Source: Acidimicrobiia bacterium (GTDB taxonomy: Bacteria; Actinomycetota; Acidimicrobiia; Spongiisociales; ZC4RG35). Taken from it: a stretch of 64,000 nt of DNA. Numbering within the stretch: the first letter of the stretch is position 1; each line of letters opens with the position of its first letter. Made by a program: the position numbers and the translations under genes. The notes below the pieces were generated by a model. That model saw nothing but the letters and a program-made list of their open reading frames with translations. It was not told where the DNA came from and did no database searches. Of this stretch, positions 26,402 to 36,307 are shown piece after piece. The stretch is from positions 52,614 through 116,613 of the forward strand of contig DATHUP010000049.1 in the NCBI GenBank assembly GCA_035462175.1, in the 5' to 3' direction.

Positions 26402-27931
26402 ATGTTGACCGCCCTCGTGCTGGTGCCTGCGGTCAGCGCCTTGATCGTGGCGTTGGTGCCTTCGCGGAGGAGGGAGGTCCATCTCCCGCTCGGGATCGCC
26501 CTGTCGGTGATGCCGCTCGCCCTCGCCGGCTATCTGTTCTGGGTATTCGAGCCGGCGGCAGGGTTCCAATATGTCGACCGGGTGGCCTGGTACGAGCCAT
26601 GGGGGATCGACTGGTTCCTCGGTGTCGACGGGATCTCCCTGCCGATGGTCGCCCTTACCACCCTCTTCGTTCCCATCGCCCTCGCCGCCTCGACCTCGAT
26701 CACCACCCGGACCAAGGAGTTCGTGGTCTTCACGTTGTTGCTCGAGGCCGGTCTGATTGGGGCCTTCCTCGCCCTCGACCTGTTCCTCTTCTTCGTCTTC
26801 TTCGAGGCGATGCTGATCCCGATGTACTTCATCATCGGAATCTGGGGCTCGGAGCGTCGGGTCTACGCCGCGGTCAAGTTCTTCATCTACACCGCTTTCG
26901 GCTCCGCCCTGCTGCTGGCCGCGATCATCGGTCTCGCCCTGATCCATGCCACCGAGGAAGGTTTTGCCTCCTTCGCCCTGACCGACCTGGTCGGGCTCGA
27001 CCTCTCCGTCGGCGCGGAACGATGGCTCTTCGCCGCCTTCGCCATCGCCTTTGCCATCAAGGTCCCGCTCTTCCCGTTCCACACCTGGCTCCCCGATGCC
27101 CATGTCGAGGCGCCGACGGCCGGCTCGGTCCTGCTCGCCGCAGTCCTCCTGAAGCTGGGCACCTACGGCCTGCTTCGCTTCAACCTGGCGCTCTTCCCGG
27201 AGACCTCGGTCGACGCGGTTCCGATCATGGCCGCCCTCGCGGTGATCGGGATCATCTACGGGGCGGTGGTCGCCATCGTCCAGCCTGATCTCAAGAAGCT
27301 CGTCGCCTACTCCTCGGTCAGCCATCTCGGCTTCATCGTGCTCGGCACCTTCGCCCTGACCTCGGGGGGTTTACAGGGCGCGGTGATCCAGAACGTGAAC
27401 CACGGGCTGACCACCGGTGCCCTCTTCCTCCTGGTCGGGATGATCTACGACCGGAGACACACCAAGAAGATCGCCGACTTCGGAGGTCTGCAGAAGACAG
27501 TCCCCATGCTCGCCGGGTTCTTCCTCTTCATGGCTTTCGCCTCGATCGGGCTCCCCGGCCTGAATGGGTTCGTCGGGGAGTTCCTGGTCCTCATCGGGAG
27601 CTTCCCCACCCTCCCCGTCCCGACCGTCCTCGCCGCCTCCGGGGTGGTGCTCGCCGCCATCTACCTGCTCTGGGCCTACGAACGGGTCTTCACCGGTGTC
27701 CCCGACAACGAGGAGAACAAGGTCCTGTCCGACCTCTCACCCCGTGAGATCGCGGTCCTCGCACCCTTGGCCGTGTTGGTGCTCGTGATCGGGCTCTATC
27801 CCAACCTGCTCCTCGACAAGATCACGCCTTCGACCGAGGCCGTGCTCGACCACATCGAGGCGCAGACCGACTTCGTCGTTCCCGAACCGGGACGGATCGA
27901 CGAGGTCGTGATGATCGGAGGCGAAGGATGA
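26402..27931 (+). CDS. nuoM: NADH-quinone oxidoreductase subunit M
   Basis: ND4-like antiporter subunit. Confidence 0.9.
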   Translation: MLTALVLVPAVSALIVALVPSRRREVHLPLGIALSVMPLALAGYLFWVFEPAAGFQYVDRVAWYEPWGIDWFLGVDGISLPMVALTTLFVPIALAASTSITTRTKEFVVFTLLLEAGLIGAFLALDLFLFFVFFEAMLIPMYFIIGIWGSERRVYAAVKFFIYTAFGSALLLAAIIGLALIHATEEGFASFALTDLVGLDLSVGAERWLFAAFAIAFAIKVPLFPFHTWLPDAHVEAPTAGSVLLAAVLLKLGTYGLLRFNLALFPETSVDAVPIMAALAVIGIIYGAVVAIVQPDLKKLVAYSSVSHLGFIVLGTFALTSGGLQGAVIQNVNHGLTTGALFLLVGMIYDRRHTKKIADFGGLQKTVPMLAGFFLFMAFASIGLPGLNGFVGEFLVLIGSFPTLPVPTVLAASGVVLAAIYLLWAYERVFTGVPDNEENKVLSDLSPREIAVLAPLAVLVLVIGLYPNLLLDKITPSTEAVLDHIEAQTDFVVPEPGRIDEVVMIGGEG

Positions 27932-29388
27932 TCGCCACGCCCGAGATCTCCTGGATCGCCATCGCCCCCGACCTGGCCCTCGCCGTCGGTGCTGCCCTGG
28001 TGCTGCTGGTCGACGTGCAATGGAAGCCGCGGCCCGTGGTGCTGGGATGGGTTGTCGGGGCCACCCTGGCCGTGGTGGCCGGTTTGACCATCCTGCAATG
28101 GCTGATCGGGACCGACGCCGTGGCCGCGGGGGACAGCGCGAGCCTGATCGCGTTCTCCGGGATGATCACGATGGACGGGTTCACCGTCTTCGCCCGTCTC
28201 GCATTGATCGCTGCGACGGCACTGGGTGTGACCGGCGGCTGGCGCTTCGTGGTCGGGATGGGCCGTCGCGGGGCGGAGGCCCTGGCCCTCGTCTTGCTGG
28301 CGACGGCCGGCTTCTCACTGATGGTCGCCTCCAACAACCTGGTCATGATGTTCCTCGGTCTGGAAGTCGGCTCGATCTCCCTCTACGTGCTCGCCGGGCT
28401 TGCCCGGGAGAGAAGGGAATCTGAGGAGGCGGCGATCAAGTACTTCCTGCTCGGGTCCTTTGCCTCCGCCCTGTTCGTGTACGGGGTGGCCCTGATCTAC
28501 GCCGGCACCCGGCAATTCCAGATCCTCGAGATCCGGCACTACCTGGACAACTTCATCGTGACCAACCCGGCGGTTATCTACGTCGGGCTCGGGCTCGTGA
28601 TCGCCGGTCTCGGGTTCAAGGTGTCGGCCGCCCCCTTCCACGCCTGGGCCCCCGACGTCTATCAGGGGGCGCCGGCCGGACTGGTCGGATACCTGGCCGC
28701 GGTGGCGAAGATCGCCGGATTCGCCGCCATAGCCCGGGTCCTGCTCACCGCTCTCCCCGAACTGGACGCCGCCTGGATGCCGGTTGTGGCCGGGATCTCG
28801 GTCGTGTCCATGACTCTCGGCTCGTTGCTCGCCCTCGTCCAAGGGGACGTCCGCCGGCTACTCGCCTACTCCGGAGTGGCCCACGCCGGGTTCATCATGA
28901 CCGGCGTCGTCGGCGGGTCGACGGAGGCGATCCTGTTCTATCTGGCCATCTACTCCATCCAGCTGCTCGGCGCCTTCGCCGTGGTGTCGGTGGTGAGCGG
29001 CCCCGACGGGGCCGGGTCGGCTCTGGATCGGTATCGCGGGCTGGGTCGGCGAAGCCCTCTCCTCGCCTCGTCCTTCGCCGTCCTCCTCCTGGGGATGGGG
29101 GGTCTGCCCCTGACCTCGGGGTTCGTGGCCAAGTTCGGCGTGTTCACCGAGGCGTGGGCCCGGGGATACGAATGGCTGGTCATTGTGGCCGTGGTGGCAT
29201 CGGTGGTCGCCTTTGCCTTCTATATCCGGGTCATCGTCGTGATGTACATGGACGACGCCGGGGACGAGGAGTCGTTGAGGGTCGGGCCCGAGGGTTGGGT
29301 GTTGGCGGTGGCTGTCGGAACGACGATTCTCTGGGGCATCTTCCCGTCGTCGCTTCTCGATCTGGCAGCTGATGCGCTTCCGCTATAG
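27928..29388 (+). CDS. nuoN: NADH-quinone oxidoreductase subunit N
   Basis: ND2-like antiporter subunit; ATGA overlap with nuoM. Confidence 0.9.
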   Translation: MIATPEISWIAIAPDLALAVGAALVLLVDVQWKPRPVVLGWVVGATLAVVAGLTILQWLIGTDAVAAGDSASLIAFSGMITMDGFTVFARLALIAATALGVTGGWRFVVGMGRRGAEALALVLLATAGFSLMVASNNLVMMFLGLEVGSISLYVLAGLARERRESEEAAIKYFLLGSFASALFVYGVALIYAGTRQFQILEIRHYLDNFIVTNPAVIYVGLGLVIAGLGFKVSAAPFHAWAPDVYQGAPAGLVGYLAAVAKIAGFAAIARVLLTALPELDAAWMPVVAGISVVSMTLGSLLALVQGDVRRLLAYSGVAHAGFIMTGVVGGSTEAILFYLAIYSIQLLGAFAVVSVVSGPDGAGSALDRYRGLGRRSPLLASSFAVLLLGMGGLPLTSGFVAKFGVFTEAWARGYEWLVIVAVVASVVAFAFYIRVIVVMYMDDAGDEESLRVGPEGWVLAVAVGTTILWGIFPSSLLDLAADALPL

Positions 29389-30535
29389 GGCTCTACCGGG
29401 CACCGGCCTCGTCGTCGTCTTCCTTCTCGCCTCGGCCGGGCCCGCCCTCGCCGCGGAGACGGCGTCGTCTGAGATCGTCGTCATCAGAGAGAACGACACG
29501 GTCGCGGAGGACCTCTACGCCTCCGGAGTTCGCATCATTGTCGAGGGAGTGGTGGACGGTGATCTGGTCGCCTTCGCCGCCGAGGACGTAGTCATCACCG
29601 GAGAGGTGACCGGGAGTGTGCTGGCGGTCGCACCGACGGTCACGATCGACGGCGACGTCGGGGGGTCGGCCCGCGTGTCTGCTGGGAATCTCTCGGTGCC
29701 CGGGTCCGTGGGTGTGGATCTGGTGGCCGCCGCGCTCTCCGTCGAGCTCGACCAGGGCTCGGTGATCGAAGGTGACGTTCTGGTCTGGGCGTTGGAGATG
29801 ACATCGGAAGGTACCATCGGAGCCGACCTGGAGGGATCCCAGCGCAGCCTCTATTTGGCTGGCATCGTGGAGGGCGACGTCGAAGTCAGTGTCAATCGTC
29901 TCGTCGTTACGGGCCCGCTCCAGGTGACAGGGGACATGGGTTATCGCTCGCCCTCCGAGGGGGATGGGTTGGATCAGGCCGACGTGGGAGGGGTGGTTGC
30001 GCGTAAGAGCCCGCTGCCTCCCAACATCCGGGTCCGCGCTCTCGGTCTCTTGGCCCGCTTCTTGGTGGTTGTCGCCCTCACCGCGACGGCGCTGCTGGTG
30101 GGGTGGGGATGGCCGAAACGGACCAGGCTGGCGGCTGAGCGGGCTCGGGCCCAGACGTGGCGTGCCTTCGGATATGGCGCCGTCGTGGTGCTCTCGCCGC
30201 TCCTCCTTGCTGCTGTGGCAGCCGTTGTCGCCGGTCTCGCCCCCGCCGCCGCCAGCCTGCCGCTCGTGGCCATCTTCGGGCCGCTGGTCATTGCCACCGC
30301 GGGTGTGGTCCTCGTGCTCAGCCTCGTGGCAGGCGTGCCCGCAGTCCTCGCCGCCGGCCGCGCCCTTCCCAGTGATCTCGGCATGTTCGGCGCGATCGTC
30401 GCCGGGTCGATCCTGGCCGGCGTGGTCTGGCTCATCCCGATCGTGGGCTGGATCGTCCCACTGTTGGTCCTGCCCACCGGGGTGGGGGCTTGGCTGCTCA
30501 GCTTCCGAGAGAGTCAGGAAACGCAGACAGGCTGA
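29372..30535 (+). CDS. bactofilin-like (polymer-forming cytoskeletal, DUF583-type beta-helix) protein with C-terminal polytopic membrane domain
   Basis: Signal/TM at N-terminus; repetitive G-D/S-V-x-G-x-V beta-strand repeats (VIEGDV, VEGDVEVSV, VTGPLQVTGD); 4 C-terminal TM helices; overlaps the nuoN end by 17 nt. Confidence 0.4.
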   Translation: MRFRYRALPGTGLVVVFLLASAGPALAAETASSEIVVIRENDTVAEDLYASGVRIIVEGVVDGDLVAFAAEDVVITGEVTGSVLAVAPTVTIDGDVGGSARVSAGNLSVPGSVGVDLVAAALSVELDQGSVIEGDVLVWALEMTSEGTIGADLEGSQRSLYLAGIVEGDVEVSVNRLVVTGPLQVTGDMGYRSPSEGDGLDQADVGGVVARKSPLPPNIRVRALGLLARFLVVVALTATALLVGWGWPKRTRLAAERARAQTWRAFGYGAVVVLSPLLLAAVAAVVAGLAPAAASLPLVAIFGPLVIATAGVVLVLSLVAGVPAVLAAGRALPSDLGMFGAIVAGSILAGVVWLIPIVGWIVPLLVLPTGVGAWLLSFRESQETQTG

Positions 30536-30542
30536 TCCACGA

Positions 30543-32927
30543 TCAGATACCCGGGTTGACGCCCAGGTGGGCGACCTCGACCGTCCCCTCGAACCGCTTG
30601 ACCGGTGGCCGGGAACGGTCGGCGATCACTGTGAACACCCCGGCGTGGACCAGGTCCTGTGACGAGGCGCCGACCATGACCTCGATCTCCCCGGGCTCGA
30701 CCACGTAGCTCAGGTGGCGATCGTAGAAGCCGAGCTGGCCCACCGGCAGCCGGAAGGTGACTCGCTTCGAGGCTCCGGCCTCCACCTCGACCCGGACGAA
30801 GCCCTTCAGCTCCAGCACCGGCCGGGTCACGCTGGCCTGCGGGTCGCGCACATAGAGCTGGACCACTTCGTCGCCATCCCGCTGACCGGTGTTGACCACC
30901 TCGATCGCGACGCTCACCTCGTCGTTCCAGGTCACGAGGTCGGGGGTCACCGACGGCGAGCTGAGCTCGAAGGTGGTGTAGCTCAGACCGTGGCCGAACG
31001 GGTACAGCGGGGCCACCGGGCCGTCGACGTAGTCGCCCTTCCAATAGGATCTCCCACCGGACACCTTGTGCCCGTAGTAGACCGGGATCTGGCCGACGGT
31101 GCGAGGGTGGGTGATGGGGAGCTTGCCCCCCGGGTTCACCTCTCCGGTCAACACGTCGACGATCGCAGCGGCACCCTCCTGACCGGGGAGCCAGGCGGCG
31201 ACCACCGCCGCGCAACTCTCATGGGCCCAAACGCTGCCGGTGGGTCGCCCGGCAACCAGAACCAGCACCACTGGGGTACCCGTCTTGACCACTTCCGCCA
31301 GCAGTGCCTCCTGCACCCCGGGAAGATCCAGCGAGTGCCGGTCCCTGCTCTCACCGCTGGTGCAGTCTTCGGTCAGGCCGGACTTGTCGCCGAGAACGAG
31401 GACCGCCACATCGGAGTCGGCGGCCAGGGCCACGGCCTCGGCGAAACCTTCGGTCGAGTCCTCGCTGATCCCACACCCCATGGCGAGGCGCACTTTGTCC
31501 CCAAAGCGGCCCTCCAGCGCATCGAAGACGGTGGGGAAGCGAATCGTCGGCCCACCGAGGTCGGCCTCGTCGGGAAGGGGAATCGAGAACACGTTGCCGT
31601 GGTCCCGCATCTCGAGGAGCGACTCGACATGGGCCGGATAGGTGTAGTCGCCGAAGAGGTTGCGGGCCTCATGTGCGTTGGGGCCGATGACGGCGATCGA
31701 CTCCAGCTTCGGTGACAACGGCAGGATCCCATCGTTGCGCAGCAGAACGATGCTCTTCCGGGCCAGTCGCCCCGCCAGCTCCAGCTGGAAGGGAGTGCTC
31801 ATCACCGATAGGGCCACGTCGGGATCGATGAAAGGATGTTCGAAGAGCCCGAGCTCGAGCTTGGCGCGGAGGACCCGGCTCACCGCGTCGTCCAGCGTGG
31901 CCTCGGTCAACCTGCCCGATTCCAGTGCCTGAAGCAGCGGCTGTCCGTAACAGTCGGTCGAGGGGAGCTCCACGTCGAGACCGGCTTCGAGTGCGATCGA
32001 GGCCGCCTCGGGGGCGTCCTCGGCCAGATGGTGGTAGTCGCTGAGCTGGCGCACCGCGAAGTAGTCGGAGACCACGCAACCCTGGAACTCCCACGACCGG
32101 CGCAGGATCTCGGTGAGCAGCTCCCGGTCGGCGGCTCCGGGGACGCCGTCGATCTCGTGGTAGCCGTTCATGACGGATCGAAGCCCGGCGAGCTTGACCG
32201 CTGCCTCGAAGGGGTGGAGATAGACCTCGCGCAACTCGCGCGGCGGGATGTGGGCAGGTGCCCAGTTGAGCCCACCTTCGGAGGCCCCGTATCCGACGAA
32301 GTGCTTCCCGGTGGCTACAACACCGTTGGTCGGCGAGTTTCCCTGCAGACCCCGGACCATGGCCAAGCCCATCTGGGCCACGAGATGGGGGTCCTCGCCG
32401 AATGTCTCCTCGGTCCGTCCCCACCTCGGGTCGCGGCAGACGTCGAGGACCGGGGACAGCCCCTGATGGGCGCCCACCGCTCTCATCTGGACCCGGACAA
32501 CGTCGGCCATCGCCTCGGCCAGCCCCGGGTCCCATGTGCTGGCCACACCGATGGCCTGGGGAAACACGGTGGACTGGCTGGCCATCAGACCGGAACAGAC
32601 TTCCTCGTGGACGATGGCGGGGATCCCGAGCCGGGTTCCCTCCAGGAGGAACCGCTGGATCTCGTTGGCGAGGCGGGCCGCCTCTGCCGCCCCGAGGCTG
32701 CTGGCACCGGAGATTCTGGTCACCTGGCCGAGTCCCCGTCGGAGCAAGGGCGCCGCCTTCGACTCGGACAGACGGTCGCCCTCGGTCAGCTGGAACACCC
32801 AGACGCTGCCCAGTTGGGCCACCTTCTCCTCGCGTGTCATCCGGCGCAACAGGTCTGCGGCGCGCTCGTCCGCCCCCCGAGACGGGTCGCGATACGGCGG
32901 CGCCTGCTCCAGCGGGACGGTGCTCAT
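30543..32927 (-). CDS. glycoside hydrolase family 3 beta-glucosidase (BglX-like, with FnIII-like C-terminal domain)
   Basis: GH3 N- and C-terminal domain motifs (GFVVSDY..., KHFVGYGASEGG). Confidence 0.85.
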   Translation of the reverse strand: MSTVPLEQAPPYRDPSRGADERAADLLRRMTREEKVAQLGSVWVFQLTEGDRLSESKAAPLLRRGLGQVTRISGASSLGAAEAARLANEIQRFLLEGTRLGIPAIVHEEVCSGLMASQSTVFPQAIGVASTWDPGLAEAMADVVRVQMRAVGAHQGLSPVLDVCRDPRWGRTEETFGEDPHLVAQMGLAMVRGLQGNSPTNGVVATGKHFVGYGASEGGLNWAPAHIPPRELREVYLHPFEAAVKLAGLRSVMNGYHEIDGVPGAADRELLTEILRRSWEFQGCVVSDYFAVRQLSDYHHLAEDAPEAASIALEAGLDVELPSTDCYGQPLLQALESGRLTEATLDDAVSRVLRAKLELGLFEHPFIDPDVALSVMSTPFQLELAGRLARKSIVLLRNDGILPLSPKLESIAVIGPNAHEARNLFGDYTYPAHVESLLEMRDHGNVFSIPLPDEADLGGPTIRFPTVFDALEGRFGDKVRLAMGCGISEDSTEGFAEAVALAADSDVAVLVLGDKSGLTEDCTSGESRDRHSLDLPGVQEALLAEVVKTGTPVVLVLVAGRPTGSVWAHESCAAVVAAWLPGQEGAAAIVDVLTGEVNPGGKLPITHPRTVGQIPVYYGHKVSGGRSYWKGDYVDGPVAPLYPFGHGLSYTTFELSSPSVTPDLVTWNDEVSVAIEVVNTGQRDGDEVVQLYVRDPQASVTRPVLELKGFVRVEVEAGASKRVTFRLPVGQLGFYDRHLSYVVEPGEIEVMVGASSQDLVHAGVFTVIADRSRPPVKRFEGTVEVAHLGVNPGI

Positions 32928-32970
32928 CGGCCCCGTCCCCGAAACCGGCCGGTTCTGTCGATCATCTCTC

Positions 32971-33840
32971 TCACCCCTTCAGGGCACCCTTGGGGAGGAT
33001 GCCGCGCACGATCTGACGTTCGGCAATGACGTAGAAGAGGATGGCGGGGAGCATGGCCAGGGTGGTGTAGGCGAGCACGAGGGCGGTGTCGGTCGAGTAC
33101 TGGGCCGATATGTTGTTGACCCCGATGGGGAGGGTCCACTGCTCGGCGCGGATCAGGACGTGGAGGGGGAGGAGGAAGGCGTTCCAGCTGGTCACGATGG
33201 CGAGCACCGCCACCGTGCTCATGACCGGCCGCGACAGGGGAAGCATCACCGACCAGTAGAAGCGGAGCGGGCCGCAGCCGTCAAGGGAGGCGGCGTCTTC
33301 GAGATCTCTGGGGATGCCCTGGAAGAAGGGACGGATGATGACGATGGACAGGGGAAGGGCGAAGGCGGCCTGGGGCAGTGCCACCCCGAGCGGGTTGTCG
33401 AGGAGCCCGGTCTGGCGGAGCACGATGAAGAGGGGGAGGATGGCCACGGCCACCGGGAAGAGAAGCCCGAGAGTGAACAGGGCGTATACCGCGTTGCGAC
33501 CCCGGAACTTGAACCGGGCGATGACGAAGGCGGCCAGAGAGGAGGCTGGGAGGACCAGGAGGATGGTGACGAGGGCGATGAAGGCGCTGTTCCCCATCTG
33601 CTTCCAGAATGAGGCGGAGCCCAGGGTCTCCAGGTAGTTGCTGGTGACCCAAGGGTCGGGGAGGCTCACCGGGTCGACCACGAGCTGGCCGGTGGTGCTG
33701 AAGCCGCCGAGCACGGCGAAGGCGAGGGGGACGATGATCACCGCCAGCACCCCGAGCGCGACGATATAGAGCAGTCCCCGGCCCACGGTCCGTCGCAGGC
33801 GGTGATTCGGTGCTGTCCTCGGGTGGGTCACATCAAGCAC
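32971..33840 (-). CDS. carbohydrate ABC transporter permease
   Basis: 6-TM MalG-like permease with EAA loop (DAASLDGCGPLRFYW). Confidence 0.8.
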   Translation of the reverse strand: MLDVTHPRTAPNHRLRRTVGRGLLYIVALGVLAVIIVPLAFAVLGGFSTTGQLVVDPVSLPDPWVTSNYLETLGSASFWKQMGNSAFIALVTILLVLPASSLAAFVIARFKFRGRNAVYALFTLGLLFPVAVAILPLFIVLRQTGLLDNPLGVALPQAAFALPLSIVIIRPFFQGIPRDLEDAASLDGCGPLRFYWSVMLPLSRPVMSTVAVLAIVTSWNAFLLPLHVLIRAEQWTLPIGVNNISAQYSTDTALVLAYTTLAMLPAILFYVIAERQIVRGILPKGALKG

Positions 33841-34810
33841 CGGTCAGGGCTCCTTCGAGGTCTCGTCGCAGGACGAACCGCTGGTAGAGCAGGGCGACGA
33901 TCAGTGAGAGGACGAAGACGATCACCGACACGGCACTGGCATAGCCGAACTGGCCGCGCCGGAAGGCCGAGTCGACCAGGTAGGTGGCCATGGTCGAGGA
34001 GGCGTTGATCGGGCCGCCACGTGTGGTCACCCAGACCAGGTCGAAGAGCTGTAGGGAGCCGATGATGGAGAGGAAGACCGAGACCCGGATGGTCGGGCCG
34101 AGCAACGGGAGCGTGATGTAGCGGAATGTGTCCCACCAATTGGCCCCGTCGATGGCCGCCGCCTCGTCGAGCTCGCCGGGGATGGTCTGCAGCCCGGCCA
34201 TGAGCAGGATCATGTGGAAGCCGAAGTATTTCCAGGAGATGACGAAGAACAAGCTGTAGAGCACCACCTCGGGGTCCCCCAGCCATTCCCGGACCACGCT
34301 TTCCCCTCCCGCCGACGCCAGAGTGGTGTCGAGAAAGCCTCCCGGCCGCAGCATCTGGCGCCAGACCACCCCGGTCACCACCTCGGAGAGGATGTAGGGA
34401 GCGAAATAGAGGGTACGGAGCAGGGCTCGTCCCTTCAGCTGCTGGTTGAGCATTACGGCAAGGGCGAGGGCGAAAGGGAGTTGGAGGGCCAGGGAAAGGA
34501 CCACGATGATCGCGTTGTGGCTCAGCGCCTCGAGGAACTCCGGCTCGGTGAAGGCGTCGATGAAGTTCTGGAGGCCTACCCACTGGTTCAGGGGCTCCAG
34601 GCCGTTCCAGTCGTAGCCGCTGTAACGGATGCTCTGAGCGATGGGATAGAGGACGAAGAGGCAGTAGAGCGCCAGGGCTGGGATGAGGAAGAGGATGACG
34701 ACCGGCCACGGTGTCCGGTGCAGGGATCGCCTGGGACGCGCCGAACCCGTGCCCGTTGTCTCTTTCTCTTGAACTGTGGTCATGACCAGTTGGGCCGGGG
34801 AGGGCCGCAC
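33833..34810 (-). CDS. carbohydrate ABC transporter permease
   Basis: MalF-like permease with EAA loop (EAAAIDGANWWDTFRYITLP). Confidence 0.8.
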   Translation of the reverse strand: MRPSPAQLVMTTVQEKETTGTGSARPRRSLHRTPWPVVILFLIPALALYCLFVLYPIAQSIRYSGYDWNGLEPLNQWVGLQNFIDAFTEPEFLEALSHNAIIVVLSLALQLPFALALAVMLNQQLKGRALLRTLYFAPYILSEVVTGVVWRQMLRPGGFLDTTLASAGGESVVREWLGDPEVVLYSLFFVISWKYFGFHMILLMAGLQTIPGELDEAAAIDGANWWDTFRYITLPLLGPTIRVSVFLSIIGSLQLFDLVWVTTRGGPINASSTMATYLVDSAFRRGQFGYASAVSVIVFVLSLIVALLYQRFVLRRDLEGALTGA

Positions 34811-34851
34811 ACCGGCGGCCCTCCGGCTCGACCGATTTCAGTCGAATCTCA

Positions 34852-36210
34852 TCAGCCCTGCGCTGCTTCGGTGATAGTTTCGGCTATCTCCTCCGAGGTG
34901 GCGGTCCCGGCAAACAGGGTCTGCACCGCGTCATTGATCGCGGCGCCGAGCTCCGGGTCGAAGAACTGGTCCAGGTAGAGCTGGACGAAAGTCGCTGCGG
35001 CGCGGCCCTGAAGTACCTCCACCATGTTGGGATCGGTGACCGAGTCCTCGGAGCCGACCGTGATCGGGAGGATGGTCCCGACTTCACCCACCCGGTTCGC
35101 CTGTTCGATGGCCGTCAGGTACTCGAGGAACTGGACCGCTTCGGGTGGTGCGTCACGTCCCACGGCGAAGCCGTCGCCGCCTCCCAGAGCGTCGGTGATC
35201 GCACCGGCGCCTCCTTCGACCTCGGGGAAGGGGAACCAACCGAGATCCTCCCCCAGACCCTCACCGTCGGGCGAGGCGTTGACGAACGCATTGGGGGCCC
35301 ATTGCCCCATGAGGTCCATCGCGGCCTGGCCGCTGCCCATGAACCCGGCCTCGCCGTCGGCCCCGTCCCACGGGGTGGCCAGGAAGCCAGGCTGGAACGG
35401 CTCCATATCGATCAGCCGTTGCAGCTGGTTCCCCGCCTCTATGAACGGCTCGGCGGAGAAGTCGCGGTCTTCGGCCAGCTGGTTCATTGCCTCCTCGCCC
35501 CCGATGCGGATCATCAGGTAGGTGTAGTAGAAGTGGGCGGGCCATTTGTCACCGGCTCCCACGGCAATGGGGGTGATCCCGGCGTCCTTGAGTGTTTGCA
35601 CGTCCTCGAGGTACTCCTCCCAGGTGGCGGGTGGAGCGTCGATCCCGGCCTCGGCGAAGAGCGCCTTGTTGTACCAGGCGCCGACCATGCCCAGGTTGTA
35701 AGGGATCCCGTATTGGACCCCGTCCACCTGATACAGGCCCACCGCGCCCGGGTTCAGGTTCTCGATGAAGCCGGCCGAGGCCTCGGTTATATCCTGCACC
35801 AGCCCGGCTTCGACTTGCTCACGAAGACCGCCGCCTCCCCATGACTGGAACAAGTCGGGTGGATCCCCCGCCTGGAGCCGGGTCTGAAGCGCCGCCTTCA
35901 ACGCCTCGTTCTCCATAGCGGTGATCTCGATGGTCACATGGGGGTTGGCCGCCGTGAACTGGTCGGCCATCTCCTGCCACACGCCGAGCATCGGATCGAC
36001 GTTCTGCAGATGCCACCACTCGAGGGAGACCGGCTCCATCTCATCGGTGGGGGCACCTGTCGTCGTGGTCTCATCGGCGGCCGCGGTTGTCTCCGAGGTG
36101 TCGGGCGCCGCGGTGGTGGTGGCCTCGCCGCCCTCACCCCCTCCACAGGCGGCGACGAGCATGGCCAGGACGGCCAGCAGCGTCAGTAGGCGTGTCGGGT
36201 TTTTCTTCAT
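34852..36210 (-). CDS. ABC transporter sugar-binding lipoprotein (extracellular solute-binding protein family 1)
   Basis: Lipobox LVAACGGG; SBP_bac_1-like fold; strong RBS GGAGGAG. Confidence 0.8.
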   Translation of the reverse strand: MKKNPTRLLTLLAVLAMLVAACGGGEGGEATTTAAPDTSETTAAADETTTTGAPTDEMEPVSLEWWHLQNVDPMLGVWQEMADQFTAANPHVTIEITAMENEALKAALQTRLQAGDPPDLFQSWGGGGLREQVEAGLVQDITEASAGFIENLNPGAVGLYQVDGVQYGIPYNLGMVGAWYNKALFAEAGIDAPPATWEEYLEDVQTLKDAGITPIAVGAGDKWPAHFYYTYLMIRIGGEEAMNQLAEDRDFSAEPFIEAGNQLQRLIDMEPFQPGFLATPWDGADGEAGFMGSGQAAMDLMGQWAPNAFVNASPDGEGLGEDLGWFPFPEVEGGAGAITDALGGGDGFAVGRDAPPEAVQFLEYLTAIEQANRVGEVGTILPITVGSEDSVTDPNMVEVLQGRAAATFVQLYLDQFFDPELGAAINDAVQTLFAGTATSEEIAETITEAAQG

Positions 36211-36252
36211 TTGGCTCCTCCTCTTTCTCGCCCCTGCGCTGGGGCGATGATG

Positions 36253-36268
36253 TTGGAATCGTTTTCAA
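36253..36268. promoter_or_regulatory. candidate LacI-family operator upstream of the ABC importer operon
   Basis: TTGGAATCGTTTTCAA pseudo-palindrome about 45 nt upstream of the SBP start; shares the A[AT]CGTT[GT]TC core with the site at 37337. Confidence 0.3.
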
Positions 36269-36307
36269 CGGCACATGGTTGTCTCGTCTCTTCCTCCTCC
36301 GGTTGTT

